Origin: a virus
Direction: 5' to 3' (one strand)
IMG/VR virus record: IMGVR_UViG_3300037068_000078
Span: 13,729 to 77,728 of that record
Length of the DNA: 64,000 nt
Each line of letters starts with the position of its first letter. Positions within the stretch are counted from its first letter, which is position 1. The notes beneath the pieces are model-generated. The model was given only the letters and a program-made list of their open reading frames with translations, did not search any database and was not told the DNA's origin. Below, piece by piece: positions 19,536 to 29,461 of this stretch. The translations under genes and the position numbers were made by a program.

Positions 19536-21085
19536 ATTAGCCACTTTCTAAACTCCTCTTGGTTCATTAACGTCGCTAGGTCAAGCTTCTTGCGCAGGCT
19601 GCGCACCACATCCCAATCAATAGTGTTCTCTGTCAAAAGATCGACGTAGGTCACGGGCCGGTGCTGGCCCTTGCGCCACGTGCGGCGCTCGCTTTGGTCG
19701 CGCTGCTCAAGGTCGTAGTTGTTAGCATAGTAGATCACCAGCGCGGGCTTCACCCACGTGTTGCCGCGCATGCCCGCGCCCTGCGTCGCGCACATGTACA
19801 GGCAGTCTGGATCGTTGATGAAGCGACGCTCCTCGGCGCTGCGCGTGTTGACGTTGCCACCGTGCCACTGTGCCACGGCCTGCGGGCCAAACTGCTTCTT
19901 CAATCGGTCGATGATCTTGAACAGCGGCGGCTTCCACGGGCACCATATCACCGCCTTCTCGCTGGGGTTGTCCTGCAGCACTTCGAGCAGAACGTCCGTG
20001 CGCTTCTCAGGTATCTCCCGGAACTTTCCCTCGTCGTCCACCACGTAGCCGCAGTTCACCTGAATGCGCCGCGTGATCATCTTGATGACCATGTCCACGG
20101 TGACGAAGCCGTCGCCCACCTGCGCATGGCCGAAGGACTTCAGATCACTCAGCACGCGCTTCTGCTCGGGCAGCAGCGGCACGTCGCGCGGCACGTACAC
20201 CTTCTCTGGCAGGTCCAGGCAGTCCTCGGCGCGCACGCGGTAGCTGTACTGCGCGACCTTGGCCTGTAGCTCATCGAGGTTCTTGAACGCGACGATCTGC
20301 TTTATGGTGCGCGAGTTTTGCTTTCCCGCTGCGTCCTTGCCGGGCAGGTAGATCTTCTGCGGCTTGATGACTGCGTATCTGTATTTGAAGGCCCACTCGT
20401 TAGACGCGCGCAAAATGCGCTCGTCCAGGAACAAGCACTGCGAGTAGACGTCCATCGGTGAGTTGGGAGACCACAGCCCTGAGAGTATGCGCTTGGCGTG
20501 AGACTGCGCGCCCAAGTTGACGAGGAAGCGCGTGCGGTCTGCACTACCGTTCTTGATGACGGTGCTCTCGTCGATGGCAACCATCGCCCCGCGCTGCTGC
20601 ACGAACTCCCACGCTAGATCCTGCGCGGCCTTCACGGATGAGAGCGCCTCTACGTTGATTGTGATGACGCGCTGGCGCTTGGGGTCCTTGCACCCTAGCA
20701 GCGCCTCGGTGCGCCGCTTCAGCGGGCCGGTCGTGGACTTGCCACTTATCCACGGCACCTGCAGCATCCGCTTGTACAAGCCGGGGTCCAGGTGCTTGCG
20801 GTACTCGCACCAGTTCTCCTCGTCGTCGCCCTTGTCCAGCCACCAGTTGCGATACGAGCCTGCAGGCGCAACGATCAGCAGATCTGGCGTCCCCCCGTTC
20901 ATCGACTGGCTCGCCCAGTCCGCCAGCAACGCAGCTGACTTGCCAGTGCCCATGTCCATGAGATACGCGAAGACGTCCTCTGGCACAGGAACGGGGGGAG
21001 CGTTACGGCTGGCGGTGATGGCGGCTAGCTGGTGGGACATCAAGGGCAGGCGCGGCTTGTAACCGTCCAGAACGTCGGTGGGCAT
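19532..21085 (-). CDS. SNF2-family helicase
   Basis: MDMGTGKS, IDEST, ILSG, QSE.R..R.GQ; probable start at 21085 after GGAGG. Confidence 0.9.
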   Translation of the reverse strand: MPTDVLDGYKPRLPLMSHQLAAITASRNAPPVPVPEDVFAYLMDMGTGKSAALLADWASQSMNGGTPDLLIVAPAGSYRNWWLDKGDDEENWCEYRKHLDPGLYKRMLQVPWISGKSTTGPLKRRTEALLGCKDPKRQRVITINVEALSSVKAAQDLAWEFVQQRGAMVAIDESTVIKNGSADRTRFLVNLGAQSHAKRILSGLWSPNSPMDVYSQCLFLDERILRASNEWAFKYRYAVIKPQKIYLPGKDAAGKQNSRTIKQIVAFKNLDELQAKVAQYSYRVRAEDCLDLPEKVYVPRDVPLLPEQKRVLSDLKSFGHAQVGDGFVTVDMVIKMITRRIQVNCGYVVDDEGKFREIPEKRTDVLLEVLQDNPSEKAVIWCPWKPPLFKIIDRLKKQFGPQAVAQWHGGNVNTRSAEERRFINDPDCLYMCATQGAGMRGNTWVKPALVIYYANNYDLEQRDQSERRTWRKGQHRPVTYVDLLTENTIDWDVVRSLRKKLDLATLMNQEEFRKWLI

Positions 21086-21186
21086 TTTAGAGAGAACCTC
21101 CTGTGTGCATATAAAGTCTACCATGTATTGAAGGCGGATTTTCCAATACGAAATCAATACGTCGATTCGCTAGGGGGGCCAGTACC

Positions 21187-21274
21187 TTAGCGCGTGCGTA
21201 TTGGAATATTGATTATTTCTCCGTGCGGGCGCGCGCACGTACGCACTGGTGCGCCTGCGTAGAAATCCAATACA
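21187..21274. repeat. 88-bp element copy 1 (homologous to 62188-62275) in a GTATTG/CAATAC-rich intergenic region
   Basis: Shared GTGCGGGCGCGCGCAC and GCGCCTGCGTAGAAATCCAATACA blocks at identical spacing. Confidence 0.9.
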
Positions 21275-21427
21275 TTCGGGTTCCGTTAGGGCCGCGCCTG
21301 CCCCCCGTGCTATGATTGCCCCCGGCGAGTTCCCTAGCAGCAGCAAAGCACTCTCCAGCGGCCCACGTCACACAGCCCCGGTGGCGTGGGCCGTCTACAC
21401 ACCGGGGCAGCACACGGGGCCTACCAC

Positions 21428-22075
21428 ATGAACAAACGAGCGACGCCGGTCCCCAAGCCGGTTAGCGCTGCCACGCGAGCGATGCTCGACGAGATGGCAG
21501 TGGATAGCAGCAAGCCAGCCAGCGAGGATAAGCTGGAGGCGTGTCGCACCAAGCTGGTCACCCTGCGCGACAAGCAACGTGAGAAGCAGGATCTCGAGGA
21601 GCGCATCAAGGTACTCAACACCGCCATCCTGGAGATCACGCAGCGCGAGCTCGTGGACCTGATGCAGGACGCGAAGATCGACAAGCTGGGCCTGCCCGCC
21701 ACGGGCAATTGGCCCGCGTTCGACGTCGAGTTGGACGACTACTACCACGCCGTCATCCCCAAGGAGAACGAGCAGCTTGCGTACAAGCATCTCGAGAAGG
21801 TGGGGATGGAGGATCTCATCAAGACTACGTTCACCATCAGCTTCGGGCTGGGCGAGGGCAAGCGCTGCCAAGCGTTCCTGAAGAAACTGGAGAAGTTGAA
21901 GGAGCCCTTCGACGTGAAGCAGGGCGTGCCGTGGAACTCCTTGACCGCCTACATCAAGGGTGAGTACAAGGCTGGAAGACCGCTCACCGAGAAGGTGAAG
22001 GGACTACTCGGTGCGACGGTCGGTCGCATCGTGAAGGTGAAACCGCAGAAGAAGGACCAGCGGAATGGCAAGTAA
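21428..22075 (+). CDS. Replication-module hypothetical protein
   Basis: Coiled-coil N-terminus, DLIK, V.W.SL.A.IK; precedes SSB-like gene. Confidence 0.7.
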   Translation: MNKRATPVPKPVSAATRAMLDEMAVDSSKPASEDKLEACRTKLVTLRDKQREKQDLEERIKVLNTAILEITQRELVDLMQDAKIDKLGLPATGNWPAFDVELDDYYHAVIPKENEQLAYKHLEKVGMEDLIKTTFTISFGLGEGKRCQAFLKKLEKLKEPFDVKQGVPWNSLTAYIKGEYKAGRPLTEKVKGLLGATVGRIVKVKPQKKDQRNGK

Positions 22076-23000
22076 GACACAGCAGCAGACGAAGAAGCCC
22101 GCGCCCGCGCCCGTCAAGGGCAAGACGCAGGCTGCACCGCCGCCGAAGGCCAGTGTGCCAGCGGTGCGTAAGCAACAGGAGATGGTCGCGCAGGGTGAGT
22201 CCTACGAGACCGACATGATGAACGAGATGTCAGGCGACGCGGGTCGCGGCGTCAGCACGGCGGCCAACGACAACATCGTACCGCTCATCTATGTGCTGCA
22301 GTCGCAGTCGCCGCAGGCATTGCGCCAGAAGACGGAGTTCATTCCGGGCGCGCAGGCTGGCATGTTCTGGATGCGCGGGACCAAGGAGGTCGTGGACGGC
22401 GAGGAGGGCCTGCCCGTCGTCATCGTTCATCTCAACGTGGTGTGGGTCGAATGGCGGCCGAACCGGGGTGGCTTGGTTGGCCGCCATGCAAGCAAGCCTG
22501 CGAACGCGGTGCAGAAGGCGCTCGACGCGCAGAAGCCCGACCGTCTCTCGTGGGTGCTGCCCAACGGTAACGTGGTCGTGGAGACGCGCGAGCACGCCAT
22601 TATCCGCGTGGACACCGGCGACGCCTACGTCATCCCGCTCTCTGGCAGCAACCACGGCGCGGCCCGTCAGCTGATGACCAGCATCAATCGCAAGAAGATC
22701 CCGGGCACGGACCTCAAGGCGGCGGTGTACGGCTATCAGTGGCGCATGAAGACGATCGCCAAGACCAACGACGACGGCGATTGGTTCGGTATCATGTTCG
22801 AGGAGGAGATGGATGAGGCAGGTGAGAACCAGCTGCTCACCTGGAACATCGACGGCGGCAAGACCTACAAGTTCGCGCGCCAGCTTAATGAGGACTTCGA
22901 GTCCGGTCGCAAGGTCTCTGACCAGGGCGACGAGAGCGAGCTCGGCGGAGGCGAAGATAGCGACGATGGAGACGGTGAAGGCACCGGCAAATCCTTCTAG
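22065..23000 (+). CDS. Putative single-stranded DNA-binding protein
   Basis: P.I.VLQ..SPQ, WVEW, N..GDW motifs and very acidic C-terminal tail. Confidence 0.65.
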   Translation: MASKTQQQTKKPAPAPVKGKTQAAPPPKASVPAVRKQQEMVAQGESYETDMMNEMSGDAGRGVSTAANDNIVPLIYVLQSQSPQALRQKTEFIPGAQAGMFWMRGTKEVVDGEEGLPVVIVHLNVVWVEWRPNRGGLVGRHASKPANAVQKALDAQKPDRLSWVLPNGNVVVETREHAIIRVDTGDAYVIPLSGSNHGAARQLMTSINRKKIPGTDLKAAVYGYQWRMKTIAKTNDDGDWFGIMFEEEMDEAGENQLLTWNIDGGKTYKFARQLNEDFESGRKVSDQGDESELGGGEDSDDGDGEGTGKSF

Positions 23001-23068
23001 CACTTCTTCGCAGCGGCGCGGCTACCCGGTCCCCAGCGCGGGGCCGGGTAGTTCCTTAAACGGGGTAG

Positions 23069-24748
23069 GTGATGGCGAGGAAGCCGAGCAAGAAACCAGA
23101 GGAAGCGGTAGCAGCGCGTATGATGGCGTTGTTCGATGGCTATAAGTCTGCGAGCGGCACGCACGGTGAGCCGAACAGAGACGCCAACGGCATCAAGTGG
23201 TCTATCAAGAAAACGGCAAAGACTGTGAGCATGCCCGTCACCGCTGAGTTATGGATGAAGCACCTTAGCGGCGAGCGCCCGCTGGGCGTGGTCCCCATCC
23301 GATCTGACGACAGCTGCATTTGGGGCAGCGTGGACGTTGACAAATACAACATCGACCTTCTCGAGGTCGTCAAGCGGGTGAAGGCAATGAAGCTGCCGCT
23401 GGTGCCGTGTCGCTCCAAGTCAGGTGGGCTCCACCTGTTCATGTTCACCAAGGAGCCGGTGACGGCCTCGGCGATGCAGCTGACCTTGCGCAACTTGGCG
23501 GCCACGCTGGGCTTCGCGGACAGTGAGATCTTCCCTAAGCAGACGAAGATCCTGGACGAGCAGGGTGACAGCGGCAGCTGGATGGTGATGCCGTACTACG
23601 GCGACACGTTTGGCGGTAAGCTCAAGTTTCAGCGCGGGTTGAAGGAGACTGGCGCGGAGATGACGGTGGAGGAGTTCCTGAACTTCGCCGAGCGGCACCG
23701 CGTCACCGAGGAGGACATGGCACAGCTGCGCAGCCGCAGCGTGCCGGAGGAGCAGGGCGGGCCGCCACGCAAGAAGCGCGCGAACGGCAAGTCCGTGGCA
23801 TACGGCGATGGTCCGCCGTGCCTGCAGTTCATGGCGGAGTCCGGCTTCCCGGAGGGGGGCCGCAATAACGCGCTGTTCCACATAGGCGTGTATCTCAAGA
23901 AGGCGGAGCCCACGAAGTGGAAGGAGCTACTGGAGTCCGATAATCAGAAGTACATGCGCCCGCCGCTGCCCAGCGAGGAAGTCGAGCAGGTGAAGAAGTC
24001 GCTCGAGAAGAAGGACTACGAGTACAAGTGCAAGGACCAGCCCATGGCGTCCCACTGCGACAGCATCATGTGTCGCAGCCGCAAGTACGGCGTGGGCAAC
24101 GACGTGTTCCCGCAGATCACCAGCGTGCGCAAGGTGGAGAGCGAGCCGCCCGTGTGGTTCGTGGACATCGATACGCCGGAGGGGACCAAGACCCTGCGGC
24201 TCAAGACCGAGGAGTTCCAATACTACCACCACTTCCAGCGCCACTGCATGGAGGTGGCGACCGTCATCTTCAAGCACCTGCCGCAGAACATATGGAACAT
24301 CATCATGATGGACGCCATGGCTAACACCGAAATCCATCTGCCTCCCCCCGACCTGCGAGCGGGGGGTAGGTTTAGGGAACTCATGGAGACGTTCCTTACT
24401 AACAGGACGCGCGGCCTCACGAAGGAGGACCTACTACGTGGTGCTTCGTGGGAGGACGAGGACGGTGGCCGGTTCTACTTCAGGCTGGCAGACCTCAACA
24501 AGTTCATGGAGCGCGAGGGCATCAAGCTTTCGCGCAGTGAGCTCACGTCGCTCATCAAGCGCATGCACAACACCTTCGACGACGAGGGCGAGCTCGTTGG
24601 CGAGAACATGGCGAACAAGGTGGACTTCAACCCGCACGTGGGCATGCGCATCAAGACCAACTACGTCAACACGTGGTGGGTGCCATCATCCGTCGTGCAG
24701 CGCGCACCCGAGTTGGACGCGCCCGAACTACCCAAGGAGAACCTATGA
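23069..24748 (+). CDS. DNA primase (AEP superfamily with PriCT-like domain)
   Basis: WG.VDVD.Y, RSKSGG.HLF, EIFPKQ, PPCL, GGRNNALF, Cys cluster. Confidence 0.85.
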   Translation: MMARKPSKKPEEAVAARMMALFDGYKSASGTHGEPNRDANGIKWSIKKTAKTVSMPVTAELWMKHLSGERPLGVVPIRSDDSCIWGSVDVDKYNIDLLEVVKRVKAMKLPLVPCRSKSGGLHLFMFTKEPVTASAMQLTLRNLAATLGFADSEIFPKQTKILDEQGDSGSWMVMPYYGDTFGGKLKFQRGLKETGAEMTVEEFLNFAERHRVTEEDMAQLRSRSVPEEQGGPPRKKRANGKSVAYGDGPPCLQFMAESGFPEGGRNNALFHIGVYLKKAEPTKWKELLESDNQKYMRPPLPSEEVEQVKKSLEKKDYEYKCKDQPMASHCDSIMCRSRKYGVGNDVFPQITSVRKVESEPPVWFVDIDTPEGTKTLRLKTEEFQYYHHFQRHCMEVATVIFKHLPQNIWNIIMMDAMANTEIHLPPPDLRAGGRFRELMETFLTNRTRGLTKEDLLRGASWEDEDGGRFYFRLADLNKFMEREGIKLSRSELTSLIKRMHNTFDDEGELVGENMANKVDFNPHVGMRIKTNYVNTWWVPSSVVQRAPELDAPELPKENL

Positions 24749-25122
24749 AGACGTGGGAGATAATGATCCCGGGACTGCGTTTCAGCGTGCTGCTGTACAG
24801 GGGCGACGACTCGCAGCCATCCATCGATGAATGCTGGGAGGCGATGCAGCGCACCGGCTTGATTAGTGGCACGAAGGAGAGTTGGACGTACATGCTCGCG
24901 GAGCTAGGGCCACGGCGCTGCGACTATGGGTTCGGTAAGTTACCACAGGGGCGAGGCTCTGCCGTTGAGCGAGCCAGAGAGGAACTGAGACGTGAAGCGC
25001 AAGCCATCATCGACCGCCAAGCCAAGGAGCAAGAGCAAGTCCGAGAAGTCCAAGACGGACAGAAGCGAGCCTATCGTCACAGGCGAAGAACTACGCTTCC
25101 GGATAGTGATCACCTACTATGA
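24745..25122 (+). CDS. Hypothetical protein
   Basis: ATGA overlap with primase stop, AAGGAG RBS. Confidence 0.5.
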   Translation: MKTWEIMIPGLRFSVLLYRGDDSQPSIDECWEAMQRTGLISGTKESWTYMLAELGPRRCDYGFGKLPQGRGSAVERAREELRREAQAIIDRQAKEQEQVREVQDGQKRAYRHRRRTTLPDSDHLL

Positions 25123-25208
25123 CGGACGCAGGTACCGCACTCGCATCGAGGCGCTGCGCGCACTCAAGACTTTCAAGTTGAAGCCAGGACAGCTGGCGAC
25201 GGTCATAG

Positions 25209-25679
25209 ATGGAGGTACAGGTGAGTAGACTGATTATGGTGGCAGCGTTCGCGCTGTGCAACGAGGAGGTTCTTCTCGTGCGAAAGGAGAAGCCGAAGTG
25301 GCAGAGCGGCTTGCTGAACGGCGTGGGCGGCAAGGCAGAAGTACACGAGACGCCTCTTGATGCAATGTGCAGGGAGTTCTTGGAGGAGACCAACATCGAA
25401 GTCTCAGCCGATAGGTGGAACCACTTCGCGTCGGAGTTCGGGCGCGGCTACGTGGTGCACTTCTTCCGGTGTCGTCTCTCGACGCTGGTGCGTGACGTCA
25501 CTCCCACGCAGAACGACGCGGGCGAGAAACTGTACTGGTACAACGCGCGCATGCTGGACAGGCAGTCGATCATCGGCAACCTGCAGTGGCTCATCCCGCT
25601 GGCGGTGGACCCGCGCGGCTTCAACCGTCCAGTGATCGTGGACGCGATCGAGGACATCAAGGAGAACCCCACGTGGTGA
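25209..25679 (+). CDS. NUDIX hydrolase
   Basis: GGK.E..E...AM.REF.EET Nudix box. Confidence 0.9.
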   Translation: MEVQVSRLIMVAAFALCNEEVLLVRKEKPKWQSGLLNGVGGKAEVHETPLDAMCREFLEETNIEVSADRWNHFASEFGRGYVVHFFRCRLSTLVRDVTPTQNDAGEKLYWYNARMLDRQSIIGNLQWLIPLAVDPRGFNRPVIVDAIEDIKENPTW

Positions 25680-26149
25680 TAGACGAACGGTTGGTGCGCT
25701 TGGGCGCGCAGGGTGGCTGGATCGCGGTGGACCTCGACGGTACCGCGCTGGTCTACGACAAGTGGGTGGCGTGGAACGCGTTCGGCGAGCCAATCTGGCC
25801 CATGATCGAGCGCATCAAGGCATGGCGCGCAGCTGGCATCGAGGTGCGCTGGATGACGGCCCGCGTGTTCCCGTTCATCCCCAAGGTCAACGAGGGCGCG
25901 TGGTCCATTCAGCAAAAGTGCCGCATGACCGACCGCATGTGGACCATCGGCGAGATGATCACGGCCATACAGGCGCACACCGAGCCGTTCGTCGGCGAGC
26001 GACTGCCGTGCACGTGCGCCAAGGACGTGGACATGATCGAGCAGTGGGACGACCGCGCCGTGCAGGTAGTGGCGAACACTGGGCAGACGCTGGCGCAAGG
26101 TTGGGAGGCAGAGCGCGAGGCGCTGCACGGGAAGGTGTTCAAGTCATGA
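25676..26149 (+). CDS. HAD-superfamily phosphatase
   Basis: IAVDLDGT, TAR, K...M...WDDRA. Confidence 0.8.
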   Translation: MIDERLVRLGAQGGWIAVDLDGTALVYDKWVAWNAFGEPIWPMIERIKAWRAAGIEVRWMTARVFPFIPKVNEGAWSIQQKCRMTDRMWTIGEMITAIQAHTEPFVGERLPCTCAKDVDMIEQWDDRAVQVVANTGQTLAQGWEAEREALHGKVFKS

Positions 26150-27666
26150 AGCCCACCATCATCCTCGGCCCGCCCGGTACGGGCAAGACTACATCGATCC
26201 TCAACCTCGTCGAGGAGTCGATGGCGCGTGGCACCGCGCCGGATCAGATCGCACTCGTCACGTTCACCAAGCGCGGGGCGGACGAGGGCAAGACGCGTGC
26301 AAAGAAGAAGTTCAACCTGGAGGATCGCCAGCTGCCGTTCTTCAGCACGCTCCATGCCATGTGCTATCGCCAGTTGGGGCTCAAGCGGAGCGACCTGCTC
26401 GCAGGGCAGGCGTTCAATGAGTTCGCCCAGTACGCAGGCGTGCGCGTCACCGGCCGAGCGTGGTCCGACGACGGCATTCTCACAGGCTTCGAGGCGGGCG
26501 ACCGCATACTGTTCATGGAGAACCTGTCACGCATACGGCAGGTGTCGCTCCGCGAGCAGTACGAGTGCGGCAACGACGACCTCGACTGGAACGAGGTGCA
26601 GCGCGTGAGCAAGGCGCTGGCTGCGTTCAAGCATCGCAAGGGCCTGCTCGACTTCACGGACATGCTCATCGAGTTCGTGCGCATGGGTAATGGCCTGCCG
26701 ATAGAGGAGCTATACGTCGATGAGTCGCAAGATCTATCTAGTCTCCAGTGGGCCGTCGTCGATCTCCTCGCTGCCAACTGCAAGCGGGTCACGGTGGCTG
26801 GCGATGATGACCAAGCTATCTACAGATGGGCGGGTGCCGACGTCGAGCACCTCATCAACATGGACGGAGACGTGCGAGTGCTCGGGCAGAGCTACCGAGT
26901 GCCTACGGCTGTGCAGGCATTGGCGAACGAAGTGATCGGCGGTGTCGCGCACAGGCGATCCAAGGAGTGGGCCGCGCGCAAGGCCAAGGGGCGCGTGGAC
27001 TACGCCATGGCGTTCTCTGACGTCGGCGTGGATAGCTCTGACGTGCTGGTGCTGGCGCGCAATACCTACGTGCTGAAGGAGCAGGTGATGCCAGCGCTGA
27101 AACAGGAGGGCATCATCTACGAGGTAGGTGGCAAGTCCTCGGTGGACGTAAAGATCATGCGGGCAGTCACCTCGTGGGAGATGCTGCGCGCGGGCGACGC
27201 CGTCTCGCTGGAGGAGGCCCGCGTGATGTACGGGTACATAAGCAGCAGCACCGGCGTCAAGCGTGGCTTCAAGGAGCTGAAGAACTACGGCGACGACGGC
27301 GACGCGCCCATCACCATGCGCGACTTAGTCAACACGGGCGGCCTGCTCGTGGACCCGGTGACCATCTGGCACGAGGCGTTGGACCGCCTGCCGAAGGAAG
27401 AGATGAGCTACATGCTGGCGGCCCGCCGCAGGGGCGAAAAGCTGAAGGGTACGCGCCCGCGCGTGCGGCTCTCCACCATCCACTCTGCCAAGGGAGCAGA
27501 GGCGGAACACGTGGTCTTGATGAAGGAGATTGCCGCACGCACTCACTACGAGATGCAGCAGCAGCCGGACGACGAGCGTCGCGTGTGGTACGTGGGGGCC
27601 ACGCGCGCGAAGGAGAGACTGACCATCGTAAACTCAGAGACACCGAGGGAGTGCCCCTGGCTATGA
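26146..27666 (+). CDS. UvrD/Rep-like SF1 helicase
   Basis: GPPGTGKT, VDESQD, AGDDDQAIY, QSYR, STIH.AKG.E, YVG.TRA. Confidence 0.95.
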   Translation: MKPTIILGPPGTGKTTSILNLVEESMARGTAPDQIALVTFTKRGADEGKTRAKKKFNLEDRQLPFFSTLHAMCYRQLGLKRSDLLAGQAFNEFAQYAGVRVTGRAWSDDGILTGFEAGDRILFMENLSRIRQVSLREQYECGNDDLDWNEVQRVSKALAAFKHRKGLLDFTDMLIEFVRMGNGLPIEELYVDESQDLSSLQWAVVDLLAANCKRVTVAGDDDQAIYRWAGADVEHLINMDGDVRVLGQSYRVPTAVQALANEVIGGVAHRRSKEWAARKAKGRVDYAMAFSDVGVDSSDVLVLARNTYVLKEQVMPALKQEGIIYEVGGKSSVDVKIMRAVTSWEMLRAGDAVSLEEARVMYGYISSSTGVKRGFKELKNYGDDGDAPITMRDLVNTGGLLVDPVTIWHEALDRLPKEEMSYMLAARRRGEKLKGTRPRVRLSTIHSAKGAEAEHVVLMKEIAARTHYEMQQQPDDERRVWYVGATRAKERLTIVNSETPRECPWL

Positions 27667-28398
27667 GCGAGCTAACACCAGAGCAGAAGGCGGCGATCAT
27701 TGTGGCGCGTGCGGCAGTCCTCAACACGCGGGTCGCTGCCCTGCAGGCAGAGGCGGAGACACAAAGGTTTGAGGGCCGGTTCGTAACGGTCAGCAGTGCA
27801 GACTTCATTCGATTGATCAACGAGAGCGGCTGCATGGACGCAGACGTTCGCGCGTTGTTAATGACAGGGAGGTGGGTGTGAGCAGAACACCAGAGAGCGT
27901 GATTATCGTACAATGGCACGACGTCGAGACGGATGCGCCGCCGGAGAAGAAGCTGCTGATGGTGACCGGCGACAGCGGCTACGTCAACAACAAGGATTTC
28001 CTGTGCCTCGCGTACTACGACGAGCAGTATCGTCCACGACTGGGCGGCGAGATTCGTTGGCAGTCTGTTACCAATGACTCGCTCTCTGACTGCGGTTGGT
28101 ATCCGAAGCGATGGGCTCATCCCATCAATCTGGAGAACGTGCCATGAACAATGACCACTTCTGGCGCGTCTGCCGCGAGATTGCAGACATGCGACACGAC
28201 GAGGTGTACGACCTGCCTGCTCAAGCGCTCAACGACATGAACGTGCCGCACGACGACCCGTTCGGCATTCCAACGGTGGAGGACAAGCTGCGACTCATAA
28301 AGCAGTACGCATGTATCTATGCGCACGGCGACATGTTCGACTGCCGCGTTTCACACGACCCACACAAGTACACCTTTGAGAGGAAGAGACCATCATGA
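27663..28398 (+). other. Three small coupled hypothetical CDSs (27663-27881, 27872-28147, 28144-28398)
   Basis: Overlapping start/stop codons. Confidence 0.6.
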
Positions 28399-28931
28399 TG
28401 AACGTAATGCTAGACCTCGAGACGTGGGGCACAAAGCCGGGCAGCGCCATTCGCAGCATCGGTGCTGTCACGTTCGACCCATTCGGCGACGGGACGGTCG
28501 ACGAGTTCTACGCCAACATCAGCGACGAGTCGTGCGCTGCGGCCAATCTCACGAAGGACCCGAGCACCATCGCATGGTGGGCGAGGCAGTCCGAAGCAGC
28601 ACAGAAGTCTCTGCTCAAGGACCAGCAACCGATCGAGAAGGTCGTGCGCGACTTTCGCCAGTGGTTCATCGCGAACAAAGGTTTGTGGGTGTGGTCGCAG
28701 GGCAGCAACTTCGACGTCGTGTTGTGGGAGGCTGCACACGAGCGGGTCAACGTCGTCGTCCCGTGGAAGTTCTGGGATGCTCGCGACACCCGTACGGCGT
28801 ACGAGATCGGCAGGCTGAACACCCGCACGATCAAGCGCGCTGGCACCTACCACAACGCGCTGGACGACGCCAAGCATCAGGCGAAGTGCGTGCAGCTGGC
28901 GTACAAGCGTATCTCTGTGTCGATGGTTTAG
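28395..28931 (+). CDS. DEDDh 3'-5' exonuclease
   Basis: MLDLET, SIGAV.F, G.NFD, RDTRT, HNALDDA. Confidence 0.9.
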   Translation: MMNVMLDLETWGTKPGSAIRSIGAVTFDPFGDGTVDEFYANISDESCAAANLTKDPSTIAWWARQSEAAQKSLLKDQQPIEKVVRDFRQWFIANKGLWVWSQGSNFDVVLWEAAHERVNVVVPWKFWDARDTRTAYEIGRLNTRTIKRAGTYHNALDDAKHQAKCVQLAYKRISVSMV

Positions 28932-28981
28932 ATAACGAGTTTCAACCAAGGGTAGCCCCCAAAAAGAGGAGAATAAGGGAA

Positions 28982-29461
28982 ATGTTTACGGAAGAGCTGA
29001 AACAACTGCTTGAGAAAGCCATCAAGCACGGAAACCGTGAAGCCAGAACTAGGATTGTGGTTCTGTCTGAGCATGCTGGTGTCAGTGTGGTTTCGTATAT
29101 CGAGCAAGAAGCTCAGCTAGAAGAAAAACAACAGCGATCTCCCGTGCAACACGCACCGCGTGAAAAGCTAGCAAAATTTCTGCAAGAGATCGAAGACACT
29201 GACTGGGATGGGGCCGGAGCTGAGACTCCGCCTGAGGAAGTGTTAGGCTCATTACAGCGGATGCGAGACAATCATGACACATACGAAGAACTTTCAGATG
29301 GACAAAAGAGATTTGTCTCGCTGTTGGAGAACTTGTTTGACGCGCGTATGGCGTTTGAAGATGTTGACCGCGACATGCTGTTCCCTTCAGGATTCCCAAG
29401 ATATCGGAACAGCGCACGCAAAATGAAAGCGCTGGCAAAAGCAAACGGATGGAAGAAATGA
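28982..29461 (+). CDS. Hypothetical protein with AT-richer codon usage
   Basis: Purine-rich RBS region; stop overlaps the next ATG. Confidence 0.6.
   Translation: MFTEELKQLLEKAIKHGNREARTRIVVLSEHAGVSVVSYIEQEAQLEEKQQRSPVQHAPREKLAKFLQEIEDTDWDGAGAETPPEEVLGSLQRMRDNHDTYEELSDGQKRFVSLLENLFDARMAFEDVDRDMLFPSGFPRYRNSARKMKALAKANGWKK

Noticed and set aside
25762-26145. N-terminal extension of the UvrD ORF (likewise 28319-28981 and 21086-21157)
   Set aside because: Overlaps real genes or control DNA; better coupled starts exist downstream
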